64,000 nucleotides of DNA from an uncultured bacterium. Lineage in GTDB: Bacteria > Actinomycetota > Acidimicrobiia > Spongiisociales > UBA5794. The stretch lies in the NCBI GenBank assembly GCA_963801165.1, contig CAWDDT010000005.1, positions 64,001 through 128,000 of the forward strand, read 5' to 3'. A model generated the notes under the pieces. The model saw nothing but the letters and a program-made list of their open reading frames with translations, was not told the origin of the DNA and did not search any database. Below, piece after piece: positions 9,407 to 18,584 of this stretch (its first letter is position 1; each line of letters opens with the position of its first letter). A program made the position numbers and the translations under genes.

Positions 9407-10843
9407 ATGCCCATTCGACCGAATCTGCTGTTCATCATGAGCGATGACCATGCCGCTCATGCCATCTCCGCATATGGGAGCCGGATCAACAAGACCCCGA
9501 ATCTCGATCGGATCGCCCAAAACGGGATGCGGTTCGACGCCGCGTTCTGCACCAACTCGATCTGTACGCCGAGCCGGGCGGCGATCCTCACCGGGACATA
9601 CAACCACGTCAACGGTGCCACGACGCTCGACACGCCGCTCGACAATCGCCAGTGGACGTTCCCACAGTCCCTCCAAGAAGCGGGGTACTACACGGGCCTC
9701 ATCGGCAAGTGGCATCTCGGACACGGTCCGGAGTTCGACCCGGCCGGCTTCGACTTCTGGCGGATCCTGCCCGGCCAGGGCCACTATGACAACCCGGTCA
9801 TGCTCGAGCCCGGCGGCAAGATCATCGAGCGCGGGGGATACGTCACCGACCTCATCACCGACGACTGCGTCGAGTTCATCGAACAACACCACCAGGAGCC
9901 GTTTGCGCTCTTCTGCCATCACAAGGCCACCCACCGCACCTGGATCCCTGCACCACGCCACTTCACGCTTTACGACGACGTCGAGATCCCCGAGCCCGTG
10001 ACCTTCCATGACGACCTCGAGGGGCGGGCCGAGGTGATCAAGGCGGTCAAGATGCACATGCTGGATCTCGACCCGATCACCGACCTAAAGGCGCTCGTAC
10101 CCGACGGCCTGACCCGGGACGAGGAGATCGAGTGGCGCTACCAGCGCTACATCAAGGACTACCTGCGTGTGGTGGCGGCTCTCGACGAGGGGGTCGGTCG
10201 GATGCTCGACAAACTGGGCGAGCTTGGCATCGCAGGCAACACCATCGTCCTGTACACATCGGACCAGGGCTTCTTCCTCGGCGACCACGGCTGGTTCGAC
10301 AAGCGACTGATGTACGAGGAGTCGCTGGCCATGCCACTGCTCATCCAATACCCCGACCGCGTCGCCGGTGGGACAACGTGTGACGAGATCGTGGTCAACG
10401 TCGACTTCGGCCCGACCTTGCTCGACCTGATGGGAGTCGAAATTCCGGACCACGTCCAGGGCCGATCTTTCGCCACACTCCTCGATGGGGAGCATCCTGA
10501 GGACTGGCCGCAGACGATGTACTACCGGTATTGGATGCACCGGGACAGCGCCCACAACACTCCGGCGCACTACGGGGTGCGTACCAAGACGCACAAGCTG
10601 ATCTGCTACTACAACGACCCCCTCGACCAGCCGGGCGCCAACGGACCGCGAGATCCAATCGAGTGGGAGCTCTTTGATCTCGAGGCCGACCCCTATGAGG
10701 TGAGCAACGTCGTCGATAACCCCGATTACACCACGGTCAGATCGATGCTCGAGGAGGAGCTGACCCGTCTGCAAGCGGTGGTCGGCGACGAGCCATATCC
10801 GGAAGCACTGCGAACGCCGGAAGTCTTCGAGACCGAACCCTGA
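9407..10843 (+). CDS. Formylglycine-dependent sulfatase, cytoplasmic
   Basis: PNLLFIMSDDH, CTPSRAAILTG, GKWHLG, YTSDQG..LGDHG, WELFDL..DP.E; no signal peptide. Confidence 0.93.
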   Translation: MPIRPNLLFIMSDDHAAHAISAYGSRINKTPNLDRIAQNGMRFDAAFCTNSICTPSRAAILTGTYNHVNGATTLDTPLDNRQWTFPQSLQEAGYYTGLIGKWHLGHGPEFDPAGFDFWRILPGQGHYDNPVMLEPGGKIIERGGYVTDLITDDCVEFIEQHHQEPFALFCHHKATHRTWIPAPRHFTLYDDVEIPEPVTFHDDLEGRAEVIKAVKMHMLDLDPITDLKALVPDGLTRDEEIEWRYQRYIKDYLRVVAALDEGVGRMLDKLGELGIAGNTIVLYTSDQGFFLGDHGWFDKRLMYEESLAMPLLIQYPDRVAGGTTCDEIVVNVDFGPTLLDLMGVEIPDHVQGRSFATLLDGEHPEDWPQTMYYRYWMHRDSAHNTPAHYGVRTKTHKLICYYNDPLDQPGANGPRDPIEWELFDLEADPYEVSNVVDNPDYTTVRSMLEEELTRLQAVVGDEPYPEALRTPEVFETEP

Positions 10844-10875
10844 GGCTCTACGTCACCGGCGGTACGAGTGCTACG

Positions 10876-12006
10876 TCACATGATGCGCCGGGCCCCTGCG
10901 GATGGCGCCACCGTGAATATCATGGGCGTTGCGAACCCTCGCTGCTCGAAGGCAGCCACCACCGTGCGCTGCGTTCCGACGGCAGCGCTCGACTCGATGA
11001 GAGCGATCGCAGCGCCGCCGAAACCACCGCCGGTGAGCCGGGCGCCGAGCGCCCCGCAATCGAGCAGCGTATCGACCGCAACGTCGACTTCAATACAGCT
11101 CGCCTCGAAGTCATCCCGATACGAGATGTGCGCTTCGGTCAACAACTCACCGACCCGACCCCAGTTGCCCAAAGCCAGAGCCGCGGCCACGTCGCTCACT
11201 CGTTGGTTCTCAGTCACGATGTGACGGGTCCGCATGGCGAGCTGCTCGTCACCGAGCCGTTCCGCCGCGGCCGGCAATTCGGCGACGGTGACCGCACGTA
11301 GCGACGGGACCCCGAGCCGTCTTGCCGATTCCTCACAGTCCGCACGACGCGCCCGGTACTCCCCCGCGGCGTGGCCGTGGCGAACCATTGAGTCGACGAC
11401 CAGCACCTCGAGGTCTGCCGCCCCCGGGTCGAACGGGACTTGTTCTGTCATGTCGGCTTGCACGTCGAAGAGGATGGCATGTCCCTCGGTGGCGAGTAGC
11501 GAGGCGACCTGGTCCATCCCGCCCGTCGGCGCACCGACATAGTCATTCTCCGTGCGTTGCGTGCGCCGGGCCAGATCTCGTCTCGAGAAACCGAGGTCGA
11601 ACAGCTCGTTCAACCCGAGCCCGACAGAGCACATGAGAGCCGCCGACGAGGAGAGCCCGGATCCCAGCGGCACGCTGCTGTCGATGGCCACGTCGAACCC
11701 CTGCGCACACTCGAGGGACCAGGGGACGCCCGCCACGTACGCCGCCCACCCCGATGGGATACCCGGACGGAGACCGGAGACATCGAGCTCCACAACCTCA
11801 CCGGCGCTCTGTGCCGAGCACGCGCGAATACGCCCGTCGGTACGCGGTGTGATCGCCGCCTCGGTGCGCTCTGCGATGGCGAACGGCAGAACCAAACCTT
11901 CGTTGTAGTCCGTGTGCTCACCGATCAGGTTCACCCGGCCGGGCGCCGCCCACACACCACCGGCGGGGTAGCCGTATACCCGCCCGAAGATGGTGGCAGC
12001 ACTCAT
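10876..12006 (-). CDS. galK: Galactokinase
   Basis: APGRVNLIGEHTDYN, PLGSGLSSSAA, GARLTGGGFGG; start overlaps the galT stop. Confidence 0.95.
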   Translation of the reverse strand: MSAATIFGRVYGYPAGGVWAAPGRVNLIGEHTDYNEGLVLPFAIAERTEAAITPRTDGRIRACSAQSAGEVVELDVSGLRPGIPSGWAAYVAGVPWSLECAQGFDVAIDSSVPLGSGLSSSAALMCSVGLGLNELFDLGFSRRDLARRTQRTENDYVGAPTGGMDQVASLLATEGHAILFDVQADMTEQVPFDPGAADLEVLVVDSMVRHGHAAGEYRARRADCEESARRLGVPSLRAVTVAELPAAAERLGDEQLAMRTRHIVTENQRVSDVAAALALGNWGRVGELLTEAHISYRDDFEASCIEVDVAVDTLLDCGALGARLTGGGFGGAAIALIESSAAVGTQRTVVAAFEQRGFATPMIFTVAPSAGARRIM

Positions 12007-13094
12007 CGAATTGTCGCCGACCGCAGTGTGGCCGCGATATGTTCGGGAGTCACATCGCTGATCCAAACCCCCATCCCGGACTCGGTGCCGGCCAAATATT
12101 TCAGCTTGTCGGCGGACCGCTGCACCGAAAAGATCTCCAGATGCAGATGAGCCAGATCGCGATCAAGGGAAACCGGAGCTTGATGCCAGGCCGCGATATA
12201 CGGAAGACGCCGCTCGTAGAGAGAGTCGAGCTTCTTCAGAATCAAGAGATACAGCTCTGCGAAGTCGTTCCTTTCCTCCGGGGTTAGCTCGGTGAGGTCC
12301 GGCGTCTGACGGTGCGGGTAGAGGTGGACCTCCACCGGCCATCTAGCCGCGGCCGGCACAAACGCCGTCCAGTTCGCGTTCGTGGCGACGATCCGGTCCC
12401 CGAGACGGCGCTCGGCATCCACCAGGTCCGCAAAGAGGCTTCGACCGGTCTCGTCCCGGTACCGGCGGGCGTTATTGAGCATGCGCTCGGTCTTTGGCGT
12501 TACAAACGGCAGAGCGTATATCTGCCCGTGCGGGTGGTTCAGAGTCACCCCGATCTCGATGCCGCAATTCTCGAACGGGAAAACCTGAGCAATGCCCGGC
12601 ATCGCCGACAGATCAGCGGTTCGGTCTGCCCAGACGTCGATAACCTCACGGACTCGCGCAACGGGCAATTCGGAGAAAGACTGGTCGTGGTCGCTGGTGA
12701 ACACCACAACCTCGCAACGCCCGCGCGCCGGACGACGGCCGATCAACCGTTCGTCGAGCCGCACGGATTGGTCGATGCCCAAAATCCCCATGGCAAGACT
12801 GGGAAAACGGTTCTCGAACACGACAATGTCGTAATCCGCCTCGGGGATCTCGGTGTGGTTGTCCGAGGAACTGGGACACAGCGGACACCGGCTCGTCGGG
12901 GGCAGAAACGTCCGCGACTGCCGGTGAGAGGCGATCACGACCCACTCGCCGAGCAACGGGTCGTAGCGCATCTCCGAGGTGACCTGCAGCTCGGGGAGTT
13001 GGCGCTGATCGACGGCAGTACGAATGGCCGTCTCGTCGCTGTCGTAGTAGATGAGCTCGCGGCCGTCGGAGATCCTGATCGAGGTCTTCTTCAT
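12003..13094 (-). CDS. galT: Galactose-1-phosphate uridylyltransferase
   Basis: RYDPLLGEWV, CPLCP, VFENRFP, catalytic HPHGQ, KLKYLAGTES. Confidence 0.95.
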   Translation of the reverse strand: MKKTSIRISDGRELIYYDSDETAIRTAVDQRQLPELQVTSEMRYDPLLGEWVVIASHRQSRTFLPPTSRCPLCPSSSDNHTEIPEADYDIVVFENRFPSLAMGILGIDQSVRLDERLIGRRPARGRCEVVVFTSDHDQSFSELPVARVREVIDVWADRTADLSAMPGIAQVFPFENCGIEIGVTLNHPHGQIYALPFVTPKTERMLNNARRYRDETGRSLFADLVDAERRLGDRIVATNANWTAFVPAAARWPVEVHLYPHRQTPDLTELTPEERNDFAELYLLILKKLDSLYERRLPYIAAWHQAPVSLDRDLAHLHLEIFSVQRSADKLKYLAGTESGMGVWISDVTPEHIAATLRSATIR

Positions 13095-13098
13095 ACGT

Positions 13099-13302
13099 CT
13101 ACCCGAAGCCCTCTTCAGCTACGTCGGCGGCCACCAACTCACCAACATGCTCGGCGAGGATCGACCCGGCGTTCGGTGGCAAACCGCTGTCGGTAACCAG
13201 AACGTCGATCTGGTCGAGTCGAGCGATAGAACTGATGCCGACGGCGGTGCCCGGCTGCACCGGTGCGGCGGCGAACCCCGGCTCGTATGACTTCGTCAAC
13301 AT
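13099..13302 (-). pseudogene. Internally deleted DeoR/GlpR regulator remnant
   Basis: Strong RBS and ATG, then only 'EPGFAA' and the DeoR C-terminus 'VGISSIARLDQIDVLVTDSGL'; no HTH; 67 aa versus about 250 normally. Confidence 0.75.
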
Positions 13303-13500
13303 CTAGCTGCTTTCCTCCTTCACGACGACGGCTCCACCGGGCGCAACGACACCAGGCCCGCTCCGGCCCGAGAGTAGATCCTTTTGTTGAGGCGGGAAAC
13401 AACCTCTGAGTCGGCGTGATTGATCACGACCAGGTATGAATCCCGACCTCCGTGTGTCGAACCATGTCGACATCGGGTAGTGGACGCCGTTTGGTGGGTC
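13303..13500 (-). pseudogene. C-terminal remnant of a GH42 beta-galactosidase
   Basis: Across three frames: 'PDVDMVR', 'SYLVVINHADSEV', 'KDLLSG...VAPGGAVVVKE', resembling the actinobacterial GH42 C-terminal domain. Confidence 0.6.
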
Positions 13501-13611
13501 GCTCGTGAACAGCGACCGGATCGCGGCACTCGATGAATGGGGTATCGAGACGACCCGCCGGTTACTGTCCGAGTTACCAACCGAGCTCTTCATCCCCTCT
13601 CGAGGACAAAC

Positions 13612-14625
13612 ATGAGGATCCTGCTAACCGGTGGCACCGGATACATCGGCAGTCATACCACCGTCGCCTTGCTCGACGCCGGGCACGACGTGACCCTGCT
13701 CGACAACTTCTCCAACTCGAAACCCGCGGTGCTCGACAGGCTCAGCACGATCACGGGCAAGAACATGGACTTCTTCGAAGCCGACGTCACAGACGGCGAG
13801 GCGATGGCCGAGATCATGAAGGAGCGAACCTTCCACGCTGCCATTCACTTCGCCGCCCCCAAGGCGGTCGGAGAGTCAATGGAGCGGCCCCTGCACTACT
13901 ACGCCAACGGTGTCGGTGGCACCGTGACGCTGCTCCAGGCGATGGCCGACCACGGAGTCCGCAACATCGTGTACAGCTCGTCGGCAACGGTCTACGGGCT
14001 CAGTGATGACCTCCCCTACACAGAGGACGCGCCGACCACCGCCATAAACCCCTACGGCCGAACCAAGCTCATGTGTGAGGACATCCTCCGCGACCTTTAC
14101 GCATCCGACAATCGCTGGAACACCATGTCGTTGCGATACTTCAACCCGGTCGGCGCTCACCCCTCCGGGCTCATCGGCGAGGATCCGCAGGGCGTCCCGG
14201 CCAACCTCCTGCCGTTCCTCGCCCAGGTCGCCGTAGGCCGCCGCCCGGCGCTGCGGATTTTTGGCGACGACTACCCGACCCCCGACGGCACCGGGGTGCG
14301 CGACTACATACACGTGATGGACCTGGCGGAAGGGCACGTGGCGGCGGTGGAACACCTCGCCGCCAACCCCGGTCTCGACGTGATCAACCTGGGCACCGGC
14401 ATCGGTGTCTCGGTGCTGGAGATGGTGGCGGCCTTCGAACGGGCGACCGGCAAGCCGATCCCAACCGAGGTTCTACCCAGGCGAGCGGGCGACGGCCCGG
14501 CGAGCTACGCAGACGTGTCCAAGGCTGCCCGGGTGCTCGGCTGGCGGGCGACCCGAACGCTCGACGAGATGACTGCCGACGTCTGGCGCTGGCAAAGCCG
14601 GAACCCCAACGGGTACGACACATAG
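13612..14625 (+). CDS. galE: UDP-glucose 4-epimerase
   Basis: TGGTGYIGSH, KAVGES, SSSATVYG, YGRTK, LRYFNPVGAH, DGTGVRDYIHV. Confidence 0.96.
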   Translation: MRILLTGGTGYIGSHTTVALLDAGHDVTLLDNFSNSKPAVLDRLSTITGKNMDFFEADVTDGEAMAEIMKERTFHAAIHFAAPKAVGESMERPLHYYANGVGGTVTLLQAMADHGVRNIVYSSSATVYGLSDDLPYTEDAPTTAINPYGRTKLMCEDILRDLYASDNRWNTMSLRYFNPVGAHPSGLIGEDPQGVPANLLPFLAQVAVGRRPALRIFGDDYPTPDGTGVRDYIHVMDLAEGHVAAVEHLAANPGLDVINLGTGIGVSVLEMVAAFERATGKPIPTEVLPRRAGDGPASYADVSKAARVLGWRATRTLDEMTADVWRWQSRNPNGYDT

Positions 14626-14645
14626 ACCGGCGCCGGCGGTGCTGG

Positions 14646-15842
14646 TCATTTGCCGGCCACGAGATCCCGCTCCTCCATTTGGCTGGCCCGGGCAACCGGC
14701 ACCGCACATCCAACGACGATGACGGCCGTTACCGCCAGCAGGACCCGATAGTCGGTAAAAGCGAGCAGCGCGGCACCGATGGCGGTGCCTACGCTCTGCG
14801 GGCCGTTGAGAGCCATGTTGGTCGCGGCGGCGACCCGACCCTGCAAGCGGGCGGGAGTGAGACGCTGCCGCAACGTCGTGTAGGCAACGACGAACAAGGG
14901 AATCGCCAATCCGATTGCCGCCTCGCCGGCCGCCACCACCACAACGTGTCGCGATACAAGCGCACCTACCATCGCACCGAGCACAACCAAAGCAAGCGCA
15001 ATCGACCACCGCTCGCCTCTTCGTTTGACGATCGCCGCCGCGACTAATCCGCCGACAACAGAACCCGCACCTTCAATCGCCGCCAGGATTCCGAAGAATT
15101 CCGGCGGCTTGCCCAGCCCCGAGTCAACAATGGCGAAGACCGCGGCGTTGACCAGTCCTATGGCGGCGAAGGCAGGAACAATCGACCATGTGATCCGGGC
15201 TAGCAGCGGTTCTGTGAGGATGTGTCTGAATCCCGCCGCCAGCTCTCGCCAGAATCGCTCCTCAGGGGCATCAAGCGATGTCTCTTCGACGGCAACGGTG
15301 GTCATCACCAGCGCGGCGGCGACAAGCAGCACCGATGTCATGATGGCGACCGCCAGACCGCCGAACATTGTGTAGAGCCCGGCCCCAACCAACGGGCTCA
15401 GCAGACGAAGCGCCTGATCGATGGTGACGAGCAGACCGTTGCCATCGGCCAGTTGGTCGTCGCCGAGCATGTCCCGCACCAGACCCGACCCGGCGGCGCT
15501 TGTCGCATAGGTGAGGAACCCGTAGCCAAAGGTCACGGCGTATATCAGCCAGACGTCGGACGGCTGAGTCACCCAACCGAGGCTGAGGACACCGACCGCG
15601 GCTGTCAGATTCGCCGCGATCACCAGACGCCGGCGTGGGACCCGATCGGCAAGCTGACCGGCCAGCGGAGCCATGAAGACCGGCAAACCGAGAAACAGGA
15701 ACACGAGACCGGCCATGGCGTCACTCCCGGTGAGATCCTTCACCCAGATTGCCAAGGACAAGTACAGCAAGCTGTCGCCAAAGTTCGAGAACGACCACGC
15801 GATCGCCAACCTGCGAAACGACGGTACCGAGATCGCCCTCAC
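14646..15842 (-). CDS. MFS transporter (efflux type)
   Basis: About 12 hydrophobic segments; motif A 'AGQLADRVPRRR'; 'TPARLQGRV'. Confidence 0.9.
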   Translation of the reverse strand: MRAISVPSFRRLAIAWSFSNFGDSLLYLSLAIWVKDLTGSDAMAGLVFLFLGLPVFMAPLAGQLADRVPRRRLVIAANLTAAVGVLSLGWVTQPSDVWLIYAVTFGYGFLTYATSAAGSGLVRDMLGDDQLADGNGLLVTIDQALRLLSPLVGAGLYTMFGGLAVAIMTSVLLVAAALVMTTVAVEETSLDAPEERFWRELAAGFRHILTEPLLARITWSIVPAFAAIGLVNAAVFAIVDSGLGKPPEFFGILAAIEGAGSVVGGLVAAAIVKRRGERWSIALALVVLGAMVGALVSRHVVVVAAGEAAIGLAIPLFVVAYTTLRQRLTPARLQGRVAAATNMALNGPQSVGTAIGAALLAFTDYRVLLAVTAVIVVGCAVPVARASQMEERDLVAGK

Positions 15843-16426
15843 GCACCGCTCGGCTTCATGCGCTTCTCTTTGTTGACATCGACGTGCGCGGCGGCAAACA
15901 CACGGACCGGGCGGGCCCCCTCAGGCCGAAGCGATGGGTCGACGTTCCGGGCGTCGAACCGATCTGTAAGGCTCGCCAGGGTCTCACTCACTTCTAGTAG
16001 CTCAGCCGCAGTCGCCCAGAACTGATGTTGCGTGACAGCCGTGGCATCCACCCACTCGCGACTCTCACCACCGAACGCCCATATGGACGCCCGCAGGCTC
16101 TCGGCGGCATGCTCGACGTACAACAGAGCCGCACCGGCGGTTGCCTGCAAGGACTCGGGGTCATCCTCACCGGGCCGGATGTCCAACCCGGGGCTCGCCA
16201 GCCGCCACGGCTTCTCCCGGCCCCTGCGCTCGGCGAGCTCGATGAAGTCGTATTTCGCCAACATCCTCAGGTGAAACGAGCAGCTCGCTACGCTCTCCCC
16301 CGTCTGCTCGGCACACTCGGTGGCGGTCGCCGGGCCGTCGCGAAGGACGTCGAGCAGCTCCAAGCGCAGCGGGTGGGTGAGCGCTCGGATCCTGGTGGGA
16401 TCGGAAACCCGTGGTGTGTCGGACAT
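15839..16426 (-). CDS. ArsR-like winged-HTH transcriptional regulator
   Basis: 'RALTHPLRLELL...GPATATECA...SCSFHLRMLAKYDFIE...GREKPW'; translationally coupled to the MFS gene. Confidence 0.88.
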   Translation of the reverse strand: MSDTPRVSDPTRIRALTHPLRLELLDVLRDGPATATECAEQTGESVASCSFHLRMLAKYDFIELAERRGREKPWRLASPGLDIRPGEDDPESLQATAGAALLYVEHAAESLRASIWAFGGESREWVDATAVTQHQFWATAAELLEVSETLASLTDRFDARNVDPSLRPEGARPVRVFAAAHVDVNKEKRMKPSGA

Positions 16427-16440
16427 CGCCTCACACTAGC

Positions 16441-16476
16441 ATTCTAAAGACTCCTTTAGCAAGAAGTCTTTAGAAT
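16441..16476. promoter_or_regulatory. Palindromic operator for the ArsR-MFS operon
   Basis: ATTCTAAAGACT-N12-AGTCTTTAGAAT, perfect 12-bp arms, 14 nt upstream of the regulator start. Confidence 0.7.
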
Positions 16477-16640
16477 AGCAGCGAGCATTGCCCGCCAGGG
16501 TTTGCTCGATCTGCGCCGGGTGGGAAAAACAGCTATCGTGTGGCCAACATTGCACATCTGGGCGGTAGCGGGCAGATGCCCACGCCGAAGGGACGGTGTT
16601 CACGCCGCATGTGGCACGAACGCAGCCAACCGAGGGTCGA

Positions 16641-16792
16641 ATGTAGGAACTGGCCGAAGCAGTCCCTGCATCACGGGCGGATCCCGGAAGACGATGCAAG
16701 TGCGATCGAAGTATCGGGCGGAGACCGGAACCGGATCTCACATCCGGCGGCCAACCAATAGAGCCACTCCCCAAGGGAGTGGCTCTTTTTTT
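16641..16792 (+). promoter_or_regulatory. Structured attenuator-like 5' leader of the nucleobase permease
   Basis: Mutually exclusive hairpins (16641-16671 versus 16667-16698), a hairpin at 16731-16747, then an intrinsic terminator before the RBS. Confidence 0.55.
16760..16792 (+). terminator. Intrinsic terminator inside the permease leader
   Basis: AGAGCCACTCCC-CAA-GGGAGTGGCTCT followed by a T run, 17 nt before ATG 16810. Confidence 0.85.
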
Positions 16793-16809
16793 GTGGGAGA
16801 GGAAGGTAT

Positions 16810-18099
16810 ATGGAATTAACGATGCAGAAGAAGGTCGTGCTGGGTCTCCAGCACACCGTGGCCATGTTCGGAGCCACCATCTTGGTGCCGCTGATAACGG
16901 GCCTGGACGCGTCTGTCGCTCTACTGGCGGCCGGCCTGGGCACCCTCCTGTTCCATCTGATCACCAAGCGGATGGTCCCGGTGTTCCTCGGCTCGTCATT
17001 TGCGTTCATACCGCCGATTCTGACGGCGGTAAACAAGGGCTACTCGTGGGAAGCGATCGGGAGCGGCATCATCGGGGCGGCGGTGGTCTATGTGATCGTC
17101 TCGATCATCATCACGTTCGTCGGCCCGGAGCTGATCACGCGGGTCTTCCCACCGATAGTCACCGGCCCGATCATCGTCGTCATCGGCGTCACGCTTGCGG
17201 CGGTCGCCATCAGCAGCGCCCGGGCTAACTGGTGGCTGGCGGCGGTGAGCCTTCTCGCCGCGATTGGTGCAGCTGTGTACTTCAAGGGCGTCTTCAGGAT
17301 GCTGCCCATTCTGACCGGCTTCCTCGTTGGGTACCTGATCGCCATCGTGACCGGACAGGTCGATTTCGGGGTCGTCGGCGACGCCAAGTGGATTGGCTTG
17401 CCGCACCTCACCTGGGGTCTCGGCGACATCCAGTGGGGAGCGATCATCCTCATCGCACCGGTTGCGTTCGTGACAATGATCGAGCACGTCGGAGACATCA
17501 TCGCTAACGGCAGGGTCGTGGGTCGGGACTTCCTCGAAGAACCCGGCCTGCACCGGACACTGCTCGGCGACGGTCTGGCGACCTTGCTCGCCGGTCTCAT
17601 CGGTGGCCCGCCGAATACCACGTACTCGGAGAACACCGGTGTGCTGGCCGTCACCAAGGTATACGACCCGTTCATCCTGCGGATCGGGGCACTTTTCGCG
17701 ATCTTCCTCGGTCTTATCCCGAAGTTGGCGGCGATCCTGCAGACCGTGCCGGGCGCCGTACTCGGTGGTCTCGAGATCATTCTCTTCGGGATGATCGCAT
17801 CGGTTGGCCTGCGCACGCTCATCGAGGGGCAAGTTGATTTCAAGAAGAGCCGGAACATGATCGTGGCCGGCGTGATCCTGGTCTTTGGTCTCGGCATCGG
17901 GGCGTTCGAGCAAGTCACGACGCTGCTCGGCGGCGTTTCTGGCTATTCGCCGATTGTGCAGATCGGCGACGTAACCGTATCGGGTCTCGCTGTAGCTGCT
18001 GTTGCAGGTGTGCTTGCAAACCTGATCTTGCCCATGGATACTGGAGAAGATCAGGTAGCAATGCCGTCAGACAGGAAGGCTTCGGAGACAAGGTCCTAG
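16810..18099 (+). CDS. uraA: NCS2 uracil/xanthine permease (UraA/PyrP-like)
   Basis: GLQH..AMFGATILVP, FLGSSFAF, EHVGD, GLHRTLLGDG, NAT signature TTYSENTGVLAVTK. Confidence 0.9.
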   Translation: MELTMQKKVVLGLQHTVAMFGATILVPLITGLDASVALLAAGLGTLLFHLITKRMVPVFLGSSFAFIPPILTAVNKGYSWEAIGSGIIGAAVVYVIVSIIITFVGPELITRVFPPIVTGPIIVVIGVTLAAVAISSARANWWLAAVSLLAAIGAAVYFKGVFRMLPILTGFLVGYLIAIVTGQVDFGVVGDAKWIGLPHLTWGLGDIQWGAIILIAPVAFVTMIEHVGDIIANGRVVGRDFLEEPGLHRTLLGDGLATLLAGLIGGPPNTTYSENTGVLAVTKVYDPFILRIGALFAIFLGLIPKLAAILQTVPGAVLGGLEIILFGMIASVGLRTLIEGQVDFKKSRNMIVAGVILVFGLGIGAFEQVTTLLGGVSGYSPIVQIGDVTVSGLAVAAVAGVLANLILPMDTGEDQVAMPSDRKASETRS

Positions 18100-18135
18100 G
18101 ACGCGTCTCCAGGACCGCCCATCCAACCGGGCGCA

Positions 18136-18168
18136 GGGAGCCGGCGCAAGCGCCGGCTCCCACTTTTT
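18136..18168 (+). terminator. Intrinsic terminator after the permease
   Basis: GGGAGCCGGCG-CAAG-CGCCGGCTCCC then ACTTTTT. Confidence 0.8.
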
Positions 18169-18201
18169 CGTGCCGATAATCCCAATCGGTTGGAGCTACC
18201 A

Positions 18202-18239
18202 CTACTCTGCTATCCGTACTAGTGTGTTATTCGTAGTAG
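18202..18239. promoter_or_regulatory. Tandem putative PadR operator
   Basis: Two overlapping 21-mers, CTACTCTGCTATCCGTACTAG and CTAGTGTGTTATTCGTAGTAG, 17-bp period, just upstream of the RBS. Confidence 0.55.
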
Positions 18240-18254
18240 TCACGAGGAGGACAC

Positions 18255-18584
18255 ATGGACACGACGCAGCTCCTCAAGGGTGTACTCGACACGGCCGTGC
18301 TCGCGGTCCTGCGTCGCGGCAGCACCTACGGATACGATCTGGTGAGACAACTGCGTGACGCCGGGTTCGACGAGGTCGGTGACGCCTCGGTGTACGGCAC
18401 CCTGCGCCGGCTGTTCGGCGGCGGGTATCTGACCTCGGAGATCGTTCCCTCGGACGAGGGCCCGCCGCGCAAGTACTACGGGCTCAACAAGGCGGGGCGT
18501 GACATGCTCGATTCCGCCACGAAGACCTGGGGCCACTTCTCGCTCGTAATGACCGATCTCTTGTCGGAGGAGGCAGCAGCATGA
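18255..18584 (+). CDS. PadR family regulator
   Basis: 'QLLKGVLD..VL...YGYDL...SVYGTLRRL...GPPRKYY'. Confidence 0.93.
   Translation: MDTTQLLKGVLDTAVLAVLRRGSTYGYDLVRQLRDAGFDEVGDASVYGTLRRLFGGGYLTSEIVPSDEGPPRKYYGLNKAGRDMLDSATKTWGHFSLVMTDLLSEEAAA

Noticed and set aside
16641-16760. ZTP (pfl), purine or T-box riboswitch
   Set aside because: Missing CGCCUGGG pseudoknot partner, purine-aptamer core and T-box sequence
16540-16761. 73-aa ORF ending at the leader terminator as a pyrBI-type leader peptide
   Set aside because: No U-rich pause tract and no convincing RBS; not excluded but unsupported
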